DNA of 64,000 nt from Octopus sinensis (lineage: Eukaryota): positions 61,566,001 to 61,630,000 of the forward strand of contig NC_042997.1 in NCBI RefSeq assembly GCF_006345805.1, read 5' to 3'. Under the pieces are notes generated by a model. The model was not told the DNA's origin. It did not search any database and saw nothing but the letters and a program-made list of their open reading frames with translations. A program made the translations under genes and the position numbers. Of the stretch, positions 53,741 through 64,000 are shown one piece after another. Position 1 is the first letter of the stretch, and each line of letters starts with the position of its first letter.

Positions 53741-54491
53741 CACACACACGCACACATAACTGTATAATAACATATAATAGTATTTCATTTTCCGATTTGA
53801 AACGACAATCTTTAAATACAAAGGACTGAATTCACAAATCAACGCTAATACGGCTCCTTGCACGTCGGATTGGCCCAAACGCTCGCCCATGAATTTCAGC
53901 CAAATTTAGTTAATATATACTTAAACTTGTCTAATATTATACCTAATATTTGTAAACATATTAATATACTTATTATGTCTAATACTACATATGATATTTG
54001 TAAATATGATATTTGTATATATATTAATTTTTTCGAGGACATAAATATCTCTTAAAGGGATGTCAGCATCCAGGTTCCTCAGTTTTATCTGGTGTATCAG
54101 TGAAATACTAAGGATGTTAGCTTCACATGGATGGATATGGGTATATTACCATTTATGTATACGAAAAAAAAAATGGAGAAATTGATGTGCAGACATCAAT
54201 TTAATGAAACAAATCCAGTTTCAAACAATATGAAATTCATAGATCCTACGATTGTTTCCATGCCCAATTAATTCAAATTAGAAAAATTAAATTGGAGATC
54301 CATAAGGAATATAGTTAATGGACTAAGTGGAGCAGGAGGATACATGTGGACGGGAGGGGGCACCGAAGAGATCATAGATGTGTGAAGAAAGAATTCCAAA
54401 CAATGGACCGGGTGAAGAACGAATATATAGTGAGTGTATTTAGTTGGCAAAAAAATAGTTACCGTCCCGAAATATAACAATATAACAATAT

Positions 54492-54583
<92 letters not shown>

Positions 54584-54584
<1 letters not shown>

Positions 54585-55115
54585 AAATATCGTGTACATT
54601 AAAACACATTAAGAGGCTTCCATCATAGGAAGGCCTTGCGCTAGAAGGAGCAGTAAACAACTCAAACCACTAATTAGGGATAAATTCTCGAAGGGAATGA
54701 AAATTAAAAACATTTACCATCTAATTTAGTTCCTAGACCACGGTTTCTGACTTATTTTAGTAAAAAAAAAGATTTACAGTCTTCATCAATAGGTAGCCTT
54801 TAGATTTTAAATATACACACAACGAGATCGATTCCGCATGTAAACTCATTGTTTGTATATTCTAACTTTTCAAATCCACTGCGCAGACGCAGCTTATTTC
54901 TGACAACAGAGAGGATGCCGGTAAAACCTTGAACAAATTTATCAAAAATCATTTAAACGTAATGAAAGCCTCTTAATGTGTTTTAATGTACACGATATTT
55001 TATATGAATAATATATAGTCTATTAACTAATTTTTTTGCGCTAGGCCACTGGAAATAAAAATTTCTATATATTCTTATTACTCTAATATTATATATATAT
55101 ATATATATAATATAA

Positions 55116-55159
<44 letters not shown>

Positions 55160-55173
55160 TATATAATATATAT

Positions 55174-55207
<34 letters not shown>

Positions 55208-55348
55208 ATATTATATATATATATACTTATATATATATATTTATATTATATATATATATATATATAATATTAGAGTAATAAGAATTATAGAAATTTTTAT
55301 TTCCAGTGGCCTAGCGCAAAAAAAATTAGTTAATAGACTATATATTAT
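54584..55348. mobile_element. Family H2 relative in nested inverted configuration
   Basis: Inverted repeat 54584-54630 / 54958-55003. Near-perfect arms 55008-55095 / 55261-55348 flank (TA)n. The arm sequence is homologous to the 3' end of the 489-bp unit (gtctat...ctaggcc.ctgg...ttcta). Confidence 0.75.
54732..54793 (-). ncRNA. Type I hammerhead motif with extended stem II, family H2 (C3U mutated)
   Basis: Minus: CCTA-TTGATGA-A-GACT...AGTC-A-GAAAC-CGTG-GTC^TAGG. Stem I is CCTA/TAGG. The downstream ggtaaatgtttttaattttc matches the sequence downstream of the 55762 hammerhead. Confidence 0.75.
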
Positions 55349-56083
55349 AGGCCATTCACCCACTAGAAATAACAGCCAAAGCTTCAACAACGCAAATAAA
55401 GATCAATTCCGTAAACAGGAGAAAATTTTAAAAACATTTACCCTGTTATTTCTAGTGGGTGAATGGCCTATTATGGCCGTTCCTTGATTGTTGATGTTGA
55501 ACTTAAAAATGGTCTATGACTATTTAATTTTTTCCCACTAGGCCGCTGGTGGCAAAAAGAATTCTACAAAATTTTTTTCACCACCCTATATTGATTAATT
55601 ATGAATTTTCTGGTTAATTCCGTAATGGAATCGACGACTTATATATATTTATTTGCTGCCGATAAATTTGGCGCGAGTGCGACGATTTGAAAATTTTAGG
55701 TCAGATATTGCCTTGGCAAGGTCAGAAATGCCTCGTGAAAATATCTGTTCCGACTTGGCTATTTTTGCTGAAGAATCTGAGGCCTATGGAAGATTGGCTT
55801 GTTAATTTAATCAGGTTAGTTACCATTAAACAGCAGACGAAACGGTGCATCGTACAAGAAATTACAGGGTAAATGTTTTTTAAATTTTCTCCTGTTTCGG
55901 AATTGATCTTTATTTGCGGTTGAAGCTTTGGCTGTTATTTCTAGTGGGTGAATGGCCTATTATGGCCGTTCCTTGATTGTTGATGTTGAACTTAAAAATG
56001 GTCTATGACTATTTAATTTTTTCCCACTAGGCCGCTGGTGGCAAAAAGAATTCTACAAAATTTTTTTCACCACCCTATATTGA

Positions 56084-56088
<5 letters not shown>
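55348..56088 (+). mobile_element. Retrozyme-like / Penelope pLTR-like element: 489-bp period plus 5' inversion
   Basis: 55443-55599 is identical to 55932-56088 (157 bp, offset 489). 55348-55445 is an inverted copy of 55865-55959. One hammerhead per period; the 3' end abuts (TA)n. Confidence 0.85.
55762..55860 (+). ncRNA. Type I hammerhead with long extended stem II, family H2
   Basis: TTTTTG-CTGAAGA-A-TCTG...CAGA-C-GAAAC-GG-TGCA-TCGTA^CAAGAA. 6-bp stem I, 4-bp stem III with palindromic TGCA loop, GUA triplet (cleavage after 55854). Stem II has ATGG/CCAT and GATTGGCTTG/CAGGTTAGTT helices; its closing pair is A.C instead of G-C. Confidence 0.85.
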
Positions 56089-56163
<75 letters not shown>

Positions 56164-56299
56164 AGTGTGATTAGTGTGCAAGTATGCAAGCATGCTTGTA
56201 GATAGAATATTTGAAGAATGTTTGTATAGATTTATTGCTCTATGAAATATTTAGCAGACATCCCTTTCCTGTTTACTGTTTAATAGGTGCCTTCATGTC

Positions 56300-58250
56300 C
56301 AATATCAACCGACATTACAGCATAAGTAGCAGTTATCAAAATCAAAATACTCGTATTGGGTGTAACGTCGTCTCACTTGTGAGCAGCTGAGTCATTCCAA
56401 CACAGTTTCTTTGGCTTCATGGTTATTGTCACTATGTCTCGATGACAGGTCTAAAATGTTTGGATACAGAACGATTTCCATTGCGCACATCTAGTATACG
56501 CCCAGCTGTCTGTACTGTTATGCACATGAAGTTTACTTGATATTGATAATGTTCTTCTGAAGCACTACCTGGTCAAGGAATTTTAGAAGTATTTCGATCT
56601 CTATTCTGAAAGGCCTCCGGAAGAGACTATTCAGGCAACCCTCGTCGACGGCTACAACTGTTTCCAACCCACCATCATTCATCGTCGTCATAAACCATCT
56701 GCAAAACACTAACGTGGACGTTCCACTGACCGCATTGCTCAGCTTGTAGAGTGACAATGTTCCAGATGCTAGATACCCAGCATCAGCCAACGGTTGACCC
56801 ACAGTTGAAGCTCAGTCAAAAAGACGAGTTGCCGAAAGATGTATTTCTCAAATAATGACTGCCGTCGTTATCCAGGTATCTCTGAAGATGTCGTAGTTTC
56901 AGCGAGTGCCAGTACACCATTAGCCACAGCTCCCCGAGACCCACATGAAGTGGGTATTGGCAGCAGATGAACTTCCTGTTCAGCCACAATTCGTTCCTTC
57001 CTCAATAGGTAATAGAGTATGGGCCCTAATTTGGTCAGATTTTTCCTGAGAAAATATACAGCAATCAAACGATAGTAATTCACAAAATCTCTCGATTTTT
57101 CAAGAATATCTTTCTCTTAGTCTATTTCTGGGTGAAATACGCTACTCTGGTCGCAGTTTTTATTCACCTCAAATTTCGACTCGAGCCAGACCCTTTGCAT
57201 TTGCTTCTTCGGTCAAGAATCGCAACAAAGCGTTGAGGTAGGTATCAAAGTTCAATCTCCTGATCATTGTTCCTAACGAGCTGTTCGACAAAGTCTTGAC
57301 GAAAACCCAAACATATCTACTTGATATCGAATAGCAGCGTCAGCTCCAGTCCATCAAATCACTGAAACGTTGCTTTGTTACTATGCAGAACCTCCACTAT
57401 GCGCACCTATCGAACGGATTTCGTATCTATAGGCACGCATATTACCTCAGACAACACAATCTTCGTACTTCGCACCAAAATTATGCTTGCGGGACATTTT
57501 CGCTGTTTGTACTTTGCATGCAATATCTTTCTTAATAATCTTATTAAGTCTATCTTCTAACTGCTTGTTCAATGTATTCTTCTCTAAAGCAAGATTCTTA
57601 CAAAAACCTCCAATAATCACCCCGTCAATTTCTACTTAATTAGCTCGTTAATCTGCAATCTGAAGGCTTTCCATGTCGGGAACGACACGTTCAGTTCTCT
57701 GCAAACGAGTTCCTGTAAAGATAAGCTATCTAAGCTTGCTAATCAGAATTCTATTTTATGCTCTGAACAGTTAATCATTTTGAATTGCAGTCATCTTACA
57801 CATCTTATTTCCCAACCTAACGATAACTCCATCTAAATAGTACCTAAAAGATCCGTTGCCATTTGGTCGGTTTGCACTGGTGCATTTTGGAAACCCATTA
57901 GATTTAGATATCTATCAGAGAGTTGGAAATGTCTTAGTAAAGCTCTATTTTCCCCGTATACCTCTTCTAACAGTGATTCCTACCCAAGCCACTAATAGCT
58001 CTAGGATACTATTTCTCGAGGAACAGGATACCCATTCTTTCCTTTCTTAGTTGTTTTCCACCAGTCTCTAGTCTCCTCCCTATCACCGCAAATCTATAGA
58101 GTAGTACTAATTGCTAGCCAGTGGCTGGTCGTGTGCACGAGGCTCAGTTTCTCGGTCATTTATTCCTGGTTCTCGCTTCTGATCTGGACATTTCCGGAGC
58201 TGCAACTGATGGTGTCCTAATGATTAGGTAAAAATATTAGGAGCTACCAA
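56300..58250 (-). mobile_element. Decayed Gypsy pol (RT, RNase H, integrase)
   Basis: Minus: YPVP, MGFQNAP...YLDGVIV (RT), GADAA (RNase H-like), LLPIPT and LGI.H...VER (integrase). Many stops. Confidence 0.7.
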
Positions 58251-59004
58251 ACAGTATTCTTTGAACGAGAAAGCAAAGAAGATAACTTTGGGCATTTCTG
58301 AATTCTTAGCTATCATCAGCAGATGAATTGCTTTCACTATTGCTTGCTAGACATGAAGTCATTAGTTTACTGTGTGGAAATATTTCTAGAAAAATTGAAT
58401 GGCACCAGAAAATAAGACCATTTGCTAATCAAATTATAAAAGGAGTACTGACTACAATAAATGATTTTCTATAGTATGTAACCTTTGATCTGGTCTGATC
58501 AAGTCTGAACATATTGCACTCTTTCAACTGTCTAGTCTTTTATATGTGTCTTTGTCTTCTACTTTTTCCATTGTGTATGTGGTCTGTACATCGTGTGATG
58601 ATGTGTAGAGCGTTGTTTTCTCTTGTTAATGATTGGATCGCTGTCAGGTCTGACCGAACGAACCTATAATTCAAGATATTCCGGCTTTGGCCATTCCGCT
58701 TTTTGCATATCTAGAACTATTTGTCTGATGTTTTAAGATTGTTGGTTGTGACTAAGGAAATTTGGCTGTTAGTCCTTCAAGACCAAACATCCATATATAA
58801 ACTCATTCGTTTAAACTGTGTTATCAACAAGGAGATTTGAAGAAATTGATAAATCTAATATATTGTTTGTACACCAGTGTTGTTTCTTTATGTAGTTGCA
58901 CCAAGTATATTTGTTCATCTATACGTATTGTGAATACTGCAGACGTGCTGTATATATTTTCTGCGTGCGCATGCGCATGTCTAGTATATCCATATCCATA
59001 TTGC

Positions 59005-59780
59005 TGCTGCTGTTGTTTAGAGTCATCGCAGCGATTTTTATTATTTATTGACAAAAACATTCCAGTGGAGATCATCCAGACCTTTCTTTATTAGACAGAG
59101 TGAGTCTATGATCACATTAACCAATATGCATTCTTTTTGTAGTTTGCGTGATCTGGAGAGTGAGTGATTTAAGGGAGATTTGATTGCTATTTCAGAGAGA
59201 TCAACTAACCACTTTTGGTATTCTTTGTAGTTTGTAAACAACAATTGGAGACGATGGTTTTGGTTGTTGCTGTTTAAGACTATGTAGTGCGATAGTGTTA
59301 GAGTAGTTGAGCACTGTGTCTGAAGAGAAAAGGTAGAATGTGAGTATGACGTTATTTATATATGAAGCTGTATGTATGTTTTGCAAAGATGTAGGAAGAT
59401 CGATAGGTATAAGTTAAAAAGAGTAGGGGAAATGATAGATGCTTGTGATACACCATTTTTAAAGTAGAAAGTTTTGGAAGAGTTGTTTTTGTATACTATA
59501 TTATAGGGTTGATGACCGGAAAAGTAGTTTTATGAGACATTGGTTATTTTGTGTATAACTTGATGATGTTGAAGGTATTTAAGAGTGTTGTTTGTTGTTG
59601 AAGCTATCCTTTATTCTTTGTGATAAGTCCATGACAGCTGATGGTAGTAATATGTGTCATAATTTGAACAAGGTGGCGGTTTGCATGAGAGATGTCAAAG
59701 TTGAATTTTTTTTAATGCATGAAGATTTGCAGAGGAGGCAACCAAATCTTCAAATCTTGTTCTACCATCTTAATAAATAA
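59005..59780 (-). mobile_element. LINE (Jockey/I-like) RT fragment plus 3' tail
   Basis: KNGVSQASIISPTLFNLYL..LP...SY (RT domains 4-5), followed by a tail family also seen near 5520-5640, 14520-14690 and 25440-25580. Confidence 0.55.
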
Positions 59781-60299
59781 ATATTTGCTGGTGGTGAAAT
59801 ATATATTTCCTTTACAATACAATCGATGCATAGCATCCCCAACAATAAACATATTATCGTCTATCTTTTACTTGTTTCAGTCATTCGACTACAGCCATGC
59901 TGGAGCACCGCTTTGAAGGGTTTTGCATTGGTGTTTATTTTATCGGTCTACTTTGTCGAACTGCTAAGTTATGGAGATGTAAACAAACCAACACCGATTA
60001 CCAAATGGTAATGGGGGATAGACACAATCACACACACACACGCACACACACTTCGATTCTCTTTTTCTCCTACATGTACAATTTTGTAACTCCTATTAGC
60101 AAATGAAACATGTGTAACGGTGAATAAATAATAGCAAAAAGTTTTTCCAATCTCCTGTTTTGATATGTAAATTACTCGGCAAAAATTAATTTCCAGAATT
60201 TTTAATTCTTATGCATACCTCACACAATATAACATTTAAATACGACTTTGGAGCACTGGAATAAGCAAACGTGCTTTAAGTGGACACAGCTTGGATTTT

Positions 60300-60343
<44 letters not shown>

Positions 60344-62759
60344 TATACACGATGGCCTTTCAGTTTCTGTCAAACCTACACTCAATGCTTTGGTCGGCCC
60401 GGGGCTATAGTAGAAGGCACATGCCAAAGGTTCTGCGCAGTAGGACTGGATCCAAGATCACATGACTGAGAAGCAAGCTTCTTGCTCGCATCCACGTCTG
60501 CACCTAGGGCCACGACTTTTGTAAAATTTAGTTTTATACTTTTTGAAATCAACTAGACTGAGATCGCCGCTGGTTCTCACTTGAAAAATGAACTATTTCC
60601 AAGTACTCACGTTTAAATTAAATGTCTTCATTATAATTGTCTAAAGAAACTTTCTAAGCACTATATTGATAAAGATAAATTTAGCTGTTTTACAAAATCT
60701 GAGATAAATTTATGATTACATTTGAAAATAGAGTGGCAAGCTGACAGAATGGTTTACAAGCCGGGCAAAATGTTTAGCGGCATTTCGTTCGCTTCTGAGT
60801 TCAAATTCTGCTGAGGTCGACTTTGCCTTTCCTCCTTTTGGGGTCAATAAAATAAGTACCAGCTGAGCACTGGGGTCAATGTAATAAACTTACCCCTACA
60901 TCTAAATTGTTGGCCTGATACCAAAATTTGAAATCAATAATTATATTTCAAAATTAATCGAAACACTAAAACAATACATCTTCAAAAGTAGATGTTTGTT
61001 TTTTTGGTTCAAATTTTAACATTTACGTTGGAGATTGAAAGTAATAAACTTTTAGGATCTTTTCTGTTCGGCTGTCGATTTTCAATCTCTTCAATTTCTG
61101 CTCGAATTAATTTCATATTCTGTGTAATGATATACTTTTATATGCTAATGAATGACATGAAGATCATTTTCGTCATAAATCAATAAATAATTATTAGCTA
61201 TTAAAGTTTGAAAATTTTGGGTAATTTTAACCAATCGTAAGCCACAGACACATTCATGCCCGTTTCCATAGTAACAAGCCAAACATGAGAACTCTTTCGT
61301 CTGCAAGAAAATATGTATTGACTAATATACTTCAGTAATTGAATTGGGTGTCATATGTGCTAAAAATAGTAGCAAAATAGGCCTTAAATCACGCACCACA
61401 GAAGGATGCGCTTTTATACTTGCAAGAAATGGGTGTTACACCCAAAAGAAAATTATGCAAAACGATGAAACATTTTATGAGTACAAGAAAACGAGGTGCG
61501 AATATGTACTGGCGATGCTCGCGCCAATGATGCATGGAGTTTGTGTCAGTGAGGAAAAAAACGTGGTTTGAAGGTGGCACCCTTCCTTCAGGACTGTAAT
61601 GCTTTTCCTTTACTCATGGGTTAAGGAATTGACTTCAGTCCGGTTTTGTGTTGAAAAACTGGGGATAAGCCATTGCACTGCTGTTGATTATAACAGCAGT
61701 GTTAGAGAAGTGCGGAGGATCTGATCCGTTATCCAGTTAAGGTTGGTGGTCCTGGGAAGACTGTTGAGATAATTGTTTTTTAAAAAAAACATTTAATTTG
61801 TAATGTGCTATTTTGTTTTTGGATAAATCTTTTAAGTTTGTGCTATAAGTTTCTTATTCTGAGAAATATTCAATTTGTAATGTGCTGTTTATCGCATTAA
61901 ATGCATAATGAATACTTAAAACTACGAAAAAGTGTTGTTTACTCGTTTTTTTCTGTCATTAAAGTGGTTGTAAGGTGTGCTAAAAATAACAGCTAAATAG
62001 GCCTTAAATCGCGCAACCCCGCAATTTTTTTCTTTTTTTTTGCATAATGGTATGAATTCCCGGGTATAGAATACAAATTTACAAAACTTTTCTGAGAATC
62101 CCCCAAAATAAAAAAGTTATGAGAGGTTATATGTCGTGCATAATTCATTTGTTTATGGTTTCATATAAAAACAGAAGTGCTATCTTCAGGTTGTTGACAA
62201 AATGTTCAATCATACAAAGATTGACAGCTTCCAATCTTGTTTCCTGAGTAGGTAAAAATGATCAAACTTTAACCTTTATAACTTTTTTTTTTAATTTTCT
62301 GAAAAAAATGAAATAACTCCAGCTATTCAGCTTGGTAAACCACTGTAATGCACCAAATTTTAAAATTCTCAATAAACTTTGATTTTTGAAATCTTGGCTG
62401 CCAAACAGAAAAGATCCAGTTTTTGGAAATGGTTTTAATTATTCTTTATTTCTAATTGAAAAGAAATTATAACCCGTAACATTTAAAATGTAAAGAAAGG
62501 CCGTGAAGTGAAAACAAATAAAAAACGACTTAAAGATAGAAAAGGAAAGGGGAGGAGCAAATGAGAAAGTGAGGAGAAAGAAAACTTCGTATTATATAAT
62601 ATAAACTCGTATATACTTGTCAAAACTTGATAGTATATAAATGAATATATCGTTTATAAACTCATCCAATGAAAATATATACATATATTCGATATAAACA
62701 CACGCACACATATAGTTACTTCACAATAATAAAAAAATGTATATATATATATGCATATA

Positions 62760-62861
62760 ATTCGTACACGCATACACACACATATATATATACATATAAT
62801 TCAAACACATATATATACATATATATGCATATACAAATAATTCATACACATATATATATAG

Positions 62862-62924
<63 letters not shown>

Positions 62925-62999
62925 TATACAAATAATTCATACACATATATATATATAGATACATATATATATATATATATTATATATATATATATATAG

Positions 63000-63052
<53 letters not shown>

Positions 63053-63579
63053 TATATACATACACATATATACATACAGATATATACATACAAATATATA
63101 TATACATATATATAATATGCATATATATACATATACATACATATATATATATACATATATATATATGCATATATATACATACATATATATATATATATAT
63201 ACATATATATATGCATATATATACATACATATATATATACATATATATATATATATGCATATATATACATACATATATATACATATACATATATATACAT
63301 ATATATATATGTGCATATATATATGCATATATATATATATATATATACATATATATATACATATATATACACATACATATATATATATACATACATACAT
63401 ATATATACATATATATACATATATATATACATACATATATACACATACATATATATGCATACATACATATATATACATACATATACATATATATATACAT
63501 ATATATATACATATATACATATATATATACATACATATATATACATATATATATACATATATATAAATACATATATATG

Positions 63580-63616
<37 letters not shown>

Positions 63617-63790
63617 ACATATATATACACATATATATATACATATATATACATACATATGCATATATATACGTACATATATATATACATATATATATGC
63701 ATATATGTACATACATATATGTACATATATACATACATATATACATCATACATATACATACATGTCTACATATACACACATAGATATATA
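62760..63790. repeat. About 1-kb compound (TA)n/(TACA)n microsatellite
   Basis: Directly visible; source of the long Y/I/V/M/C ORFs. Confidence 0.98.
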
Positions 63791-63816
63791 TGCACAAATA
63801 TACATGTGTGATAGTG

Positions 63817-64000
63817 CAGGGTGTCCTCTCAAAATGTATACTCACTTAAATAGCTGATAACTCAATTTCCATTTCTCTTTGATTTAACCTGATAGAAATA
63901 ATGAAGGCAACCAGACTAAGCTCTGAACAAAGGTAATTTCTCTTGAAGTGCTTCAGAAAGTTTGGAAACGCAATCACAGTCCAATGTCATGAAAGAGGGT
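63817..64000 (+). mobile_element. Left end of a Tc1/mariner-superfamily element
   Basis: cagggtgtcc terminus, then MKATRLSSEQR*FLLKCF...NAITVQ, an N-terminal HTH pattern. Runs off the window. Confidence 0.55.

Noticed and set aside
61262-61275. RFX X-box-like GTTTCCATAGTAAC
   Set aside because: Lies in a repeat-like block (45-bp direct repeats at about 61357 and 61975) with no gene start nearby.
62801-63845. ORFs of 150-300 aa rich in Y/I/V/M/C
   Set aside because: Translations of (TA)n/(TACA)n microsatellite. The same applies to ORFs at 17081-17472, 40854-41299, 47574-47993, 48533-49009 and 50320-50934.

Overview
AT-rich, intron- and repeat-dominated eukaryotic DNA. The SINE families and microsatellite load point to an octopus genome (inference). 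The only host gene I can identify is the 3' end of FAM20B (glycosaminoglycan xylose kinase): a 60-bp exon at 6005-6064 and the terminal exon at 13785-14028, + strand. A near-intact hAT (GTF2IRD2/SPIN-like) transposase sits in the intron between them. A weak candidate for a convergent LRR-like gene lies at about 18.8-19.9 kb. The rest is transposon debris (two Tc1, two mariner/Tc-like fragments, Chapaev-like, Gypsy internal regions and solo LTRs, R4/Dong-like, Tx1-like, RTE and Jockey/I-like LINEs, a Penelope-like RT/GIY-YIG fragment), many tRNA-derived SINEs and microsatellites. The most striking signal is not in the ORF track: at least eight loci carry type I hammerhead ribozyme motifs from three to four families, most inside fold-back or 5'-inverted structures. 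One (55348-56088) is a 489-nt circularly permuted unit with an extended-stem-II hammerhead and an inversion starting 10 nt from the predicted cleavage site. Another (16480-16804) is a palindrome with a hammerhead motif on each strand. These look like retrozyme-like or Penelope-mobilised non-autonomous ribozyme elements. Most genomic copies carry inactivating mutations; activity is inferred from the family consensus, not shown. All alignments and folds were done by eye.
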